IMG/VR virus record: IMGVR_UViG_3300008450_000020
Span: 9,622 to 73,621 of that record
Strand: one strand, 5' to 3'
Source of the DNA: a virus
DNA: 64,000 nt
Positions 8,583 through 17,062 of this stretch are shown piece by piece. Positions within the stretch are counted from its first letter, which is position 1, and every line of letters begins with the position of its first letter. The translations under genes were made by a program, and so were the position numbers. Under the pieces are notes generated by a model that saw only the letters and a list, made by a program, of their open reading frames with translations, ran no database searches and was not told where the DNA came from.

Positions 8583-10592
8583 TTAGAAAGTTACGTTGTA
8601 AATACCTTGAATTTCTTTTCCTGTAGCCCGGATAATTACTTTATCTGAGCGTGTGGAAGAGAAGCCTAAACCACTCAATTGATCTTGAGTAGGTTCGCAT
8701 TTGATCTTGCTACCCAAGATTTCAAATGTTTTACGATGTTGAGTTAATGCAGTGTTCAAGAATTCATTAAAGAATCCTCGAACAGGTTGATCATTCTTGC
8801 ATTTATCAATGAAGAAGAAATGATGCAAATTGCCTTTTGCTTCTTCGCTATCCCAGTGATTAGGAGAGAACATAATCGTATTTACTTTCGTAAATTGATT
8901 TGTAGAGATACCCCATTTATCTTGAGAGATGGATGAAGAAGTTAATCCTTTTGTTGGGATGAATTCAGTAACTACACCATTTTTTATTTTGAATGTAGCA
9001 ATTGATTGATTACCAGAAAAATCACCTTGTTTAGACAACGTATGTACTACACCGGCATTAACCAATTCAAACGAAAAGCCTTTGTTTTCATTGGAACGCT
9101 TGGAATACATATTGCTCCAGATAGAATATTCCCCATCTTTAGGGTTATCCCATGTGATATTTTCTACTGGCTCAGTAGTACGAGAACCTGGGCCATTGGC
9201 ATCAATGTCCAAGAAACCGCCATCTCTTCCACGAGAATTATGGAAGCAGATAATCTCACCTGAAGGTGTTTTTACATGTAAATCTTGGTCATCGATATTG
9301 AACCACGCCAGTGAACAACGTAAGGTAGCATTTGTTTTGCCTCCTTTAGCTTTCACACGAGTTTCAATTAATGAGTCAGTTACCCCACCTTCGTATGCCC
9401 AACCAAACTCATTTTTCCATTGGAAGAGAGGAGTGGCACCTACAGGATGTTGTGGAGCAGTCAAGGTTACAAAGTTACCTTGATGACGGTTTTCAACGTA
9501 CAGCTCGATTGAAGAAGCTTTAGGTAAGATGCTCACCATAAAGTCAGCAATCTTGATATCTTTGGCTTTAGTGATATCAACTGGTTTCTCTTTCATGTCA
9601 GCTAAAGCTAAGCCAAGCAAACCCTCTTTAAGCTGGTTTTGAACAGAGTTATCTACCCAGAGAACATTCTGAACACTGATGTCAGAAAGATTCGCCATAC
9701 GGCGCTCTAGGCTCTCTTCCAAACCTAGAGATTTGATTGTATCAACGGCTTGCTTTGCCATTGTCGGTGTGACCAATGATGTTGGATGCTTGTAATTTAC
9801 AGGATCAACTTTGACACCATAAGCACGTACAGCTACGTCCAAGTCCATACCATCAGATAGATCAACTGCTAATGTGCCGATCACTGTATTGCGGAAGCGT
9901 GCAGAAGGTTTATTGTAGTTTTCCCAAACAAACAAATCCTTGTTAGTTGCTTTGATGAATTCTTTTTTCAAACCAATGAATTCATCTACTGCGCGTTTGA
10001 ATTCTTCACCACGATAAAGAGGTTTGTTTTCTTTATCGTTAATCATGTCCATGATGTCAACTAAGACATCCAAAGTGATTTCTGTTAAACCACGTTTCAT
10101 GACTTGAACGATTGCATTAATACTGCCTGTTTCTTCACCTACTTTTTGTGTGTAAGCATGTGCAGGAACTACACCATGAAAGTGTTTCCAAGTCTTTACA
10201 GCACCGGACTCCAACAATTGTTTTGTTGATTCATTGCCATAAGTCTTTTCGTTAGAGAAGAATACTTTTTCAATTGGTTTAGATAAGACCAATTCATGTA
10301 AAGCTTTGGCAACTACATCATAAGGATATTCCAAACCAGGAACATCCCAGATTGTGCTCACAACACCATCTTTGATAGTAACTAAGTTGCCCAAGTTACG
10401 GATGAAGTTACTGCAGCAATTACAAGAATGCTCTGTACGAGTCAAGTAGATTGGATCAGTACCTTCAGGAAATGCTTTGAGATAAGCATCAAACAATTCA
10501 TTACGATCTGCTGTCACTTCATACAAAATGTTCTTTGCCATTGCAGAGTATTTAGTATGGATTGCTTTAGCAAAAGAGGAAAAATTAGACAT
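8583..10592 (-). CDS. Conserved phage protein with N-terminal HxCxCC motif and YfaP/DUF2135-like domain
   Basis: HSCNCC; LRCSLAW..DDQDLHV.TPSGE...GGFLDIDAN...PVENITW. Confidence 0.75.
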   Translation of the reverse strand: MSNFSSFAKAIHTKYSAMAKNILYEVTADRNELFDAYLKAFPEGTDPIYLTRTEHSCNCCSNFIRNLGNLVTIKDGVVSTIWDVPGLEYPYDVVAKALHELVLSKPIEKVFFSNEKTYGNESTKQLLESGAVKTWKHFHGVVPAHAYTQKVGEETGSINAIVQVMKRGLTEITLDVLVDIMDMINDKENKPLYRGEEFKRAVDEFIGLKKEFIKATNKDLFVWENYNKPSARFRNTVIGTLAVDLSDGMDLDVAVRAYGVKVDPVNYKHPTSLVTPTMAKQAVDTIKSLGLEESLERRMANLSDISVQNVLWVDNSVQNQLKEGLLGLALADMKEKPVDITKAKDIKIADFMVSILPKASSIELYVENRHQGNFVTLTAPQHPVGATPLFQWKNEFGWAYEGGVTDSLIETRVKAKGGKTNATLRCSLAWFNIDDQDLHVKTPSGEIICFHNSRGRDGGFLDIDANGPGSRTTEPVENITWDNPKDGEYSIWSNMYSKRSNENKGFSFELVNAGVVHTLSKQGDFSGNQSIATFKIKNGVVTEFIPTKGLTSSSISQDKWGISTNQFTKVNTIMFSPNHWDSEEAKGNLHHFFFIDKCKNDQPVRGFFNEFLNTALTQHRKTFEILGSKIKCEPTQDQLSGLGFSSTRSDKVIIRATGKEIQGIYNVTF

Positions 10593-10821
10593 GTTTATTT
10601 CTTTCGTTATTTAATTGGTTTAGAAGAGTGTTGTGATACATCATCAGGATGGATACCAATTCATTTTTGTCTGTAATTGGTAATTTAGATTCAGCAAGAG
10701 AAATAACTTCTTCCAGTGAATCCATTGAAGGAAAGAGACTCATTTGTACCGCACGGAGTAGCGGGTCAAGTTCTTTCTTTTCTGGGGTGCTTTTGTTGTT
10801 AGACAATTGTTCTTGGGTCAT
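10585..10821 (-). CDS. Small conserved N4-like hypothetical protein
   Basis: 78 aa; SLFPSMDSLEEV...LPIT..NEL.SILMMYHNTLL; overlaps both neighbours. Confidence 0.75.
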   Translation of the reverse strand: MTQEQLSNNKSTPEKKELDPLLRAVQMSLFPSMDSLEEVISLAESKLPITDKNELVSILMMYHNTLLNQLNNERNKHV

Positions 10822-11152
10822 GAATAGTTACCTTGTTATTTTTATCCAATAACAGAGGTAATTGCTGCGTATTTGCTATTGGTTTGTTTTTGTTAGTGGA
10901 AGTAAAATCTTCAAGTATTTTTTTGAGTTGATTGTAAGTAACTTGATGTTTTACCGTGAGTTGATAAATGGCATATTGCATACCTTGATAACGCTCTTGA
11001 TGAGTCGCTACACCGGCTTCGATAAGCACACGTTGGATTGTTCTAGATGAAGTGCTATAAGCTGCTGCAAGCTGTTTCATGTTCATCTGATGGCTTTGCC
11101 ATTGATAAACAATATTCTTCTTTTGGAGAGGGGTTAAAGATTTAACAGTCAT
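10799..11152 (-). CDS. HTH DNA-binding protein
   Basis: Likely start MTVKSLT at 11152 (GGAGG upstream); MKQLAAAYSTSSRTIQRVL HTH. Confidence 0.75.
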   Translation of the reverse strand: MTVKSLTPLQKKNIVYQWQSHQMNMKQLAAAYSTSSRTIQRVLIEAGVATHQERYQGMQYAIYQLTVKHQVTYNQLKKILEDFTSTNKNKPIANTQQLPLLLDKNNKVTIHDPRTIV

Positions 11153-11405
11153 CAGGATCTTCCTCCGGAGAGTGGGCGGGTTTGTTGATTGAATACAAAT
11201 GAGGGAATTGAGTGGCATTGCCAAAATGTCCTCTTTTTTTATCTAAAGAAACAATTACAGGCCCCTCACTACAATTCCACCAAACAGAATCGGTAATATT
11301 GACTACGCCATCTGCAATAAGTAACTCATCAGGATTTAATAGTAATGGGCCTATATCCTTGGTTTTGTGAATCAACTTTGCCTGTTCTGGTGTAAATATG
11401 ATCAT
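11142..11405 (-). CDS. Hypothetical protein
   Basis: 87-aa ORF with AAGGA upstream; overlaps the next start. Confidence 0.65.
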   Translation of the reverse strand: MIIFTPEQAKLIHKTKDIGPLLLNPDELLIADGVVNITDSVWWNCSEGPVIVSLDKKRGHFGNATQFPHLYSINKPAHSPEEDPDDC

Positions 11406-11499
11406 AAAAAGTCCTTACTATATAGTCTTTATATAGTCAAAAATTGAAAATTGGAGAGGTTAGAATATCGTACTTGTCAGTTTGACAAGTATAAAAGAA

Positions 11500-12360
11500 C
11501 TACTTAGAAGTATTTACTTGTGCTGGTGGTAGTGGTAAAGGCATCCAATGGCTTACATAACATGCCGAAGGCATTGATGAAAGATCAAACTTACCGTTGA
11601 TAAATCTAAACTCAGTAAATCTAGTGCCGTAAGATAAGTTACTTCTTGATTTCACAAAGACATCAACAAAACGGTCACCTTCTGGCAAACGATCTTCAAC
11701 GCTAATCCAACTCTCTTGCTTCACTGGCTCAATGAATGGCGGCTCAAAACCTGCATCAATCATCAATTTCTGAACATTCACAGGAATTGCTCGGAAGTCA
11801 TGCGCACAGTTTGGGCAAATAACGTGATCGTCGTTAGGCGTCTTGCTCACTGGCTCTTGTGTTTGAGCACTCAGTTTTCCCATGCGGCTCAACCACTCAT
11901 TATGCCTAGCAGTGTCTGAATCAGTTTGGGTATCTTGCTCTTGTGCTGGCGATGGGCAATCAGGCTTTGGCGCACCAAAATCATGCAGATCCCATGCTTG
12001 ACCGCAATCTGAGCAAGTATCTTTGCTTTTTTGTTTCACTGGTCGTTGAGCCTTGAAAACAGGATTCGGAATATCGCCAACTGCATGAGTTCCGCAATTC
12101 TTTGCTCCACACCCTTGGCACTGTGTTTCGTGTTCGCAAGTGCATATCACGCAACCGCATGGCTGATATTTAGCCATTTCGTTACCGTAACCAATATGGT
12201 TTGCTGATAGTGCAGCACCTTCTTTAAACCAAGAAAATGCTGTGCTAGTATCGTCATTAACATAACTTCCATCTTGGTGTGTAGAAAAATCATGACCAGT
12301 TATGCCGCGATCAAGATTTGAATATCGCGCTTCAAACAATTCTCTTATCTGTTCTTCCAT
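11500..12360 (-). CDS. Mosaic protein with Cys clusters and C-terminal DUF551-like domain
   Basis: Likely start MEEQIR; CGCVICTC, CSDC and CPNC motifs; WISVEDRLPE...VSHWMPLPLPP. Confidence 0.75.
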   Translation of the reverse strand: MEEQIRELFEARYSNLDRGITGHDFSTHQDGSYVNDDTSTAFSWFKEGAALSANHIGYGNEMAKYQPCGCVICTCEHETQCQGCGAKNCGTHAVGDIPNPVFKAQRPVKQKSKDTCSDCGQAWDLHDFGAPKPDCPSPAQEQDTQTDSDTARHNEWLSRMGKLSAQTQEPVSKTPNDDHVICPNCAHDFRAIPVNVQKLMIDAGFEPPFIEPVKQESWISVEDRLPEGDRFVDVFVKSRSNLSYGTRFTEFRFINGKFDLSSMPSACYVSHWMPLPLPPAQVNTSK

Positions 12361-12362
12361 GA

Positions 12363-12644
12363 TTATTCTCCAAAATATTGCCAAGCTATTGCATTACATT
12401 TTGCATGTACTGCACCTATGGTCATGCTTGTCTTGTGATTGTGATGTAAGTGAATTGGGTTGTTGAAGAAGCCAATTGGGAAGAGTGCCTTATTAATTGT
12501 AAAGTCAAAGTGTCTTGCCGGCCCGGATAACGGATGTCCACATTCAGAACACTTGCCTTCTTGTTCTTCAACGTATTGCTCACGTACAGCTTTACGCTGC
12601 TTAGTTGTGAGCTTGGTGTAATCAATTGGTAGAGTGAATTCCAT
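12363..12644 (-). CDS. HNH/endonuclease VII-like protein (N4 gp22-like)
   Basis: REQYVEEQEGKCSECG...HLHHNHKTSMTIGAVHAKCNA. Confidence 0.85.
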   Translation of the reverse strand: MEFTLPIDYTKLTTKQRKAVREQYVEEQEGKCSECGHPLSGPARHFDFTINKALFPIGFFNNPIHLHHNHKTSMTIGAVHAKCNAIAWQYFGE

Positions 12645-12852
12645 ATTTAACTTTCAGTTTAATCTTTGGTTTAGGATTTACCCAAACACGGGTAGTTGAA
12701 TGAATAGTTAAGCAGTGATTGTCATATAAGCGTTTGCAAATTATTGTGATTCGATTTTGTACAACAGAATTTCTGATGACTTTATATCGTTCACCATAAC
12801 GCAAAACAGTCACGTAACTCCCTACAGGTACTTTACCTAATCTAGTGAGCAT
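12622..12852 (-). CDS. Small basic hypothetical protein
   Basis: 76-aa ORF packed between neighbours. Confidence 0.65.
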   Translation of the reverse strand: MLTRLGKVPVGSYVTVLRYGERYKVIRNSVVQNRITIICKRLYDNHCLTIHSTTRVWVNPKPKIKLKVKYGIHSTN

Positions 12853-12854
12853 GA

Positions 12855-13205
12855 TTAACCTTTGGGAAGGGTATCTTCAAAAGACTCATGTTGTTCTCCT
12901 ATTGTTCTGATTTGATTACTGTTACTACAGTTCATCATATGTAAACGTAAGCCAATGTTGTTACCTCGTCCTAGTTGATGATCTAACCAACCAATACAGT
13001 GAGCATCGTCAGTTTCATGACAAGCCATAGCAGATAATGGTTTATTTAGATCAGGTAAAGATCCTGACTCAGCAATTGTGCTACTGAGATTAGCGTGTTT
13101 GGTTTCACAGTAACCGTTAGGAATGTCATGAGGATTTACCCCCACTTTCCAAGGACATTTTTTACACTGCACTGTGCGTTTGAGATTCCATGATTTAGTC
13201 GACAT
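12855..13205 (-). CDS. Cys/His-rich protein (DUF6283-like)
   Basis: Likely start MSTKSW; CKKCPW...MACHE...CIGWL..QL..GNNIGLRL. Confidence 0.7.
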   Translation of the reverse strand: MSTKSWNLKRTVQCKKCPWKVGVNPHDIPNGYCETKHANLSSTIAESGSLPDLNKPLSAMACHETDDAHCIGWLDHQLGRGNNIGLRLHMMNCSNSNQIRTIGEQHESFEDTLPKG

Positions 13206-13326
13206 ATAGATACATAGCTCCTGCAAAGATTACCCATCCTGAGTATTCGACTTTAAAGTAAACACCAATTAAACCAGTGATTACTAAAACTGTTGCACAG
13301 ATAGGTTTGATGATTTCTTTTCTCAT
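13195..13326 (-). CDS. 43-aa hydrophobic peptide
   Basis: Read manually: MRKEIIKPICATVLVITGLIGVYFKVEYSGWVIFAGAMYLYVD; fills the gap and is coupled to both neighbours. Confidence 0.55.
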   Translation of the reverse strand: MRKEIIKPICATVLVITGLIGVYFKVEYSGWVIFAGAMYLYVD

Positions 13327-13523
13327 TTCATACTCACTAAAAAAGGTGAATTGTGATAAGCCCAGTTGAGAATTCCATAAGCTGCAATAAGCAGGATAAA
13401 GACAGTGAGTAAATCCCCTTTCTTATTTCCTCCTAATACTGAGTTAACAAACAGCACGATTAAACCAATGAGAAAAAAGAATAGTCCTATGCAAACTAAA
13501 ACTAAGAAGTCAATGATTGCCAT
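13323..13523 (-). CDS. Small two-TM membrane protein
   Basis: 66 aa with two hydrophobic segments. Confidence 0.7.
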   Translation of the reverse strand: MAIIDFLVLVCIGLFFFLIGLIVLFVNSVLGGNKKGDLLTVFILLIAAYGILNWAYHNSPFLVSMK

Positions 13524-13525
13524 GA

Positions 13526-14062
13526 TTAATCCTTATGATCCATGAGTTTTACGTCGTTATTTCCATCTTTCCAGCCTTGCTCATAAGACTGTCTTTGGAG
13601 ATAAGCTACTGCAGAGCGTTCACTGAAGTAAGGTGAATTTGGGTTAGGTACTTCTAAACCAGCACTGATTGCCATATTATTGATACGATGCATCTCAGCT
13701 ACGTATTCTTGGTTTATAGAAGCAGCTTGCTCAAGTTCTTTAACCCTTGCTTCTTCCAGGGTTAACAATCGATGCCATGTTGAATTGGATTCTTGTAATA
13801 TCCTTTCAGCATCAAGAAGTTTTTGATCATAAGCTTTTACTAAGTCAGCTATCCGATTTACCTGTGATTGCGCGGTAGGCATCTCTCTCCACATTGCCAG
13901 AAATACTTTTCTCCATGTGTCCGGTGTACCTCTACGATATAGATCTTCAACAGCTTCTGCTGCTGCAATCATTTTATCTGTAACGATAGGCTCTTGATGG
14001 TTATTCATCTTTTTCCTCATAAAGTTTACGAGTCCATTCAATGGAAAATCCTGCGTAGTCAT
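13526..14062 (-). CDS. Hypothetical protein (coiled coil)
   Basis: 178-aa ORF; true start may be ~14008 (MNNHQEP). Confidence 0.65.
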   Translation of the reverse strand: MTTQDFPLNGLVNFMRKKMNNHQEPIVTDKMIAAAEAVEDLYRRGTPDTWRKVFLAMWREMPTAQSQVNRIADLVKAYDQKLLDAERILQESNSTWHRLLTLEEARVKELEQAASINQEYVAEMHRINNMAISAGLEVPNPNSPYFSERSAVAYLQRQSYEQGWKDGNNDVKLMDHKD

Positions 14063-14219
14063 AACAACGCAAAGTAAATTCAGGACTCAGAGTAGTAACT
14101 TTCTTGTTACGTATCCGAGATAAAACTGCCGGGTTTAGACAGGGCTTATTACAGAGATCTGAATCATTTCTCGGTTTCAGTTCTCGGTATAAAGCATTTA
14201 AAAGTGTGCGCATTGTCAT
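14001..14219 (-). CDS. Small XRE-like HTH protein (paralogue of 57670..57885)
   Basis: TLLNAL...RNDSDL....LNPAVLSRIR. Confidence 0.65.
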   Translation of the reverse strand: MTMRTLLNALYRELKPRNDSDLCNKPCLNPAVLSRIRNKKVTTLSPEFTLRCYDYAGFSIEWTRKLYEEKDE

Positions 14220-14257
14220 GATTAGGGTCTTTATTTTTTACATCTAATTATCTTAGA

Positions 14258-14294
14258 AAGAAAAAATAAAGCCTCTAATTAAAGAGGCTTTATT
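14258..14294 (-). terminator. Intrinsic terminator
   Basis: AATAAAGCCTCT-AATTAA-AGAGGCTTTATT with A-run on the left. Confidence 0.8.
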
Positions 14295-14320
14295 GTGTTT
14301 TATAAAGTCAAGTGACTTTA

Positions 14321-14836
14321 TTATTTTGCGTTGTTACGCGCATTGAATGCATCTACCAAATGTAACAAAGTAGAAATAGAATGCATTGCTGTTGTTTCTT
14401 CTGTGGTAGCTTCATTAGCATCACGCATAAATACTTCACCACCGATTTGGTGGATTTCAATCAGATTTTTGCAATCTACCGGTGTGAGGTTGTTGAGTGC
14501 TGGATGTATATCTGTCGCTCTTGCAGGCAAGAATTTTTCCAAACTATCTAAAGTAGATGTGAGTTCTGCTTTATGTTCTTGGCATTCACCACAACAATCT
14601 TTTTCTTGCGCTTCATCTGGAATGGTTTCGCCAGATTCAAATTGTTTTATCGCAGCAGCAATTGCAGCTTCAATGCCACCGGCTTTTTGTACATCTTCAT
14701 CTGAAAGTATGATGGATTGCACTTTAGCGCCAGAATTGTTAATTTGAGATTTAAGGAATTTTTTGAAAAGAGCTTCAGTTAAAGCTGCTTTAGCTAATTC
14801 TTCTTTAGTTGGCTCTGTATTTTTTGAGTTTGACAT
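14321..14836 (-). CDS. Hypothetical acidic protein with CCxxC motif
   Basis: 171 aa, AGGA RBS, flanked by terminators. Confidence 0.75.
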   Translation of the reverse strand: MSNSKNTEPTKEELAKAALTEALFKKFLKSQINNSGAKVQSIILSDEDVQKAGGIEAAIAAAIKQFESGETIPDEAQEKDCCGECQEHKAELTSTLDSLEKFLPARATDIHPALNNLTPVDCKNLIEIHQIGGEVFMRDANEATTEETTAMHSISTLLHLVDAFNARNNAK

Positions 14837-14863
14837 ACAATTTCCTATAGGATTGTGAGGAAT

Positions 14864-14899
14864 AAAAAAAAATGAGACACCTCAATTAAGAGATGTCTC
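14864..14899 (-). terminator. Intrinsic terminator after RNAP II subunit B
   Basis: GAGACACCTC-AATTAA-GAGATGTCTC preceded by A9. Confidence 0.75.
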
Positions 14900-14919
14900 G
14901 GCACTACTACTTCAAAATA

Positions 14920-14934
14920 GGGGCAGGATGCCCC
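14920..14934. promoter_or_regulatory. GGGCA-GGA-TGCCC hairpin element, copy 1
   Basis: Identical 13-mer also present at 57078-57090; both copies are intergenic. Confidence 0.5.
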
Positions 14935-14950
14935 ATGAAAGTTAATTGAA

Positions 14951-16201
14951 TTATGTTAAAGCATAATTAGACTTAAGAATCAAACTAGATAAGTTGTTTG
15001 ATTTCTTGGTGTAAGTTCCTTTGACACCATGAATCTGACTGAGGATATCTGAGAGTATTTCACTATCAGCTAATTCAGCAAAGATTTCAATGTAATGCTT
15101 ACGTAACTGTTCCATATATTTAGGAGAACATTTATATTCATCATGAATAGTAATAATCTCAAATGGAGCATGTTCATTCATACTCATACAGATCTCACGT
15201 AACTTAATCAACAATGAAGTAGGAATTGCTTTTGCATCTTCATAAGTCAAATAAGGAATCATTGTGATGTCTGTCATCTTGCTGCGTTCATACTGCTCCA
15301 AGTAGTAAGCCAACTTAGGAGAAGGTGTGCGGCCATGATAGCTAGTTGCGTATGTATTGCGATAATTAATCTCTGCATTAAGGATACTCAGTGCATTAAT
15401 TAATTCATTTGGTTTGTAGTTACAACGACGGTGCATTGAACGTAAGATGTAAGCATCAATAGAGTGAATCACATTAGCTGCATTACTTAAACCAGATTTA
15501 GTACCTTCATTCTCATAATAATAATAAGTGAAAGTAGCATGATCCAATTCATCAACTTCAATACGAGCTTCCTTTTTCTGCATTACTTTTACACGCGCAT
15601 AGAAGCCATCAGGAAGTGTCCATGCATGTACTTTAGCATTTGCTTGCCATGAACTCAAAAGCTCTTGGAGAAGCTCCCATGCACCCGGAGCTACAATATT
15701 TGCAGCTTGATAGAATGCATTCAATTCAGGGGTATCTTCACCGAAGACTTCTTTAGGTACAAGATTTGAACCATAGAATGAAGTCATCATAGCGCGCTTA
15801 GCATTATCTCTTGAAATATCAACTGATAAGCCTTGTTGAATAAGGATATTATTCATGGCTTGGGTTAATGAGGAATACGCATCTGCACGTACATCAGGAT
15901 CAACTAAACCAGTTGCAGTAGCGCCGGCTATACAGCCTGTTATGGCACTCATGATTTGGATACCTGAGCATACTGAGTCTAGTCCTACAAGGTGCCCTGT
16001 AGGTTTTCCTGATTGAACCTGACGGATAGCTAAAACAGCTTTTTTGTACAGAGGTACTGTTTCTGCTTGAGCCGATAAAGCTTCAAGATTTTTGATGTTA
16101 TCTGTAGCCCATTGAATACGTTCTTCAAATGTGACTTTATCTAAACCAAAGTGATTGGCTAAGTCGATGAGCATGTATTGAAATGGTGTATAAGATTTCA
16201 T
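14951..16201 (-). CDS. RNA polymerase II subunit B (N4 gp16-like)
   Basis: T7-like motifs A (LDSVCSGIQ), B (RDNAKRAMMTSFYGS) and C (IHDEY); ANVIHSIDA. Confidence 0.95.
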   Translation of the reverse strand: MKSYTPFQYMLIDLANHFGLDKVTFEERIQWATDNIKNLEALSAQAETVPLYKKAVLAIRQVQSGKPTGHLVGLDSVCSGIQIMSAITGCIAGATATGLVDPDVRADAYSSLTQAMNNILIQQGLSVDISRDNAKRAMMTSFYGSNLVPKEVFGEDTPELNAFYQAANIVAPGAWELLQELLSSWQANAKVHAWTLPDGFYARVKVMQKKEARIEVDELDHATFTYYYYENEGTKSGLSNAANVIHSIDAYILRSMHRRCNYKPNELINALSILNAEINYRNTYATSYHGRTPSPKLAYYLEQYERSKMTDITMIPYLTYEDAKAIPTSLLIKLREICMSMNEHAPFEIITIHDEYKCSPKYMEQLRKHYIEIFAELADSEILSDILSQIHGVKGTYTKKSNNLSSLILKSNYALT

Positions 16202-16251
16202 GGAAATGTTCCTATTAGATTGAGGGTAACTAAAAGAGATTTATTTAATGA

Positions 16252-16512
16252 TTAATTGCCTATTAAGGCAATGAGTGCTTGAACTTGTGAAGGTAATTGT
16301 TCTAGTTGAGCAGTTTCCCAATTTGAACCCCCATTAGACATAGGGACGTACACATAGTAAATATGTTGTTCTCCGTCTCTATCTAAATATTGCCAGATAG
16401 AACCGTGTTCACGTTCATTAATATCTTCATGTACATCGTAATAAAGTATTTTTAATGTATCCGGAAATATCAATCTACCTAATAAATTTGGTTTTCTATG
16501 AAGGGTTGGCAT
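16252..16512 (-). CDS. Array member 11 (C-terminal P-x-x-h-K-A-h-h-x-L motif family)
   Basis: Ends WETAQLEQLPSQVQALIALIGN; clear paralogue of 16521..16778. Confidence 0.8.
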   Translation of the reverse strand: MPTLHRKPNLLGRLIFPDTLKILYYDVHEDINEREHGSIWQYLDRDGEQHIYYVYVPMSNGGSNWETAQLEQLPSQVQALIALIGN

Positions 16513-16520
16513 GTACTTTC

Positions 16521-16778
16521 CTATTCTATTAGAGAAATTAAAGCTTTAATCTCAGGAGGAATATCTGTATAAGAGATGTCTCTCCATGACTCGATTATCT
16601 CTACAGAATGACAAATAAGGTGCAAACTATCCCCATATTGATGTCCTCTGATGTAAGTCCAAATATCCCCTATCTGTTTATCATGAATGTTTTCCCCGCT
16701 ATCAAAGAATAAAACTTCTTTGGTTGAGGGTCTTACAGTGAATCCTACTGTTTTAGGAGTTGGGTTTGTTGTAGGCAT
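16521..16778 (-). CDS. Array member 10
   Basis: Ends WRDISYTDIPPEIKALISLIE. Confidence 0.8.
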   Translation of the reverse strand: MPTTNPTPKTVGFTVRPSTKEVLFFDSGENIHDKQIGDIWTYIRGHQYGDSLHLICHSVEIIESWRDISYTDIPPEIKALISLIE

Positions 16779-16787
16779 AAAGTTCCT

Positions 16788-17060
16788 TTATTTAATTAAG
16801 GTAAATGCAGCAAGTACATGAGAAGGAACTTCTGACTTATTGCGCAATAACCATCGAAAAGTTTTTGCAGAATTATTTGGAGTATGGAAATGATTCAATA
16901 CTGCTTTATAAAAATACTCTTCTGTATTGGTGTGAACTCCGCATAACCATTCATGTTCTGATGAAGGAGATCTTGTATAAAAATATTCATTTTTATCCTT
17001 ATGATCTACAACACATGCATTGGTTACAGAATCTACGATAATTATTTTTTCAAGGGTCAT
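16788..17060 (-). CDS. Array member 9
   Basis: Ends WLLRNKSEVPSHVLAAFTLIK. Confidence 0.8.
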   Translation of the reverse strand: MTLEKIIIVDSVTNACVVDHKDKNEYFYTRSPSSEHEWLCGVHTNTEEYFYKAVLNHFHTPNNSAKTFRWLLRNKSEVPSHVLAAFTLIK

Positions 17061-17062
17061 AG

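Noticed and set aside
12363-12644. HNH gene as a mobile homing endonuclease or intron
   Set aside because: It is a free-standing 93-aa gp22-like gene conserved in N4-like phages and interrupts nothing.
14258-14899. Two neighbouring terminators share an AATTAA loop
   Set aside because: The observation is real but likely chance or local duplication in an AT-rich genome; other terminators have different loops.
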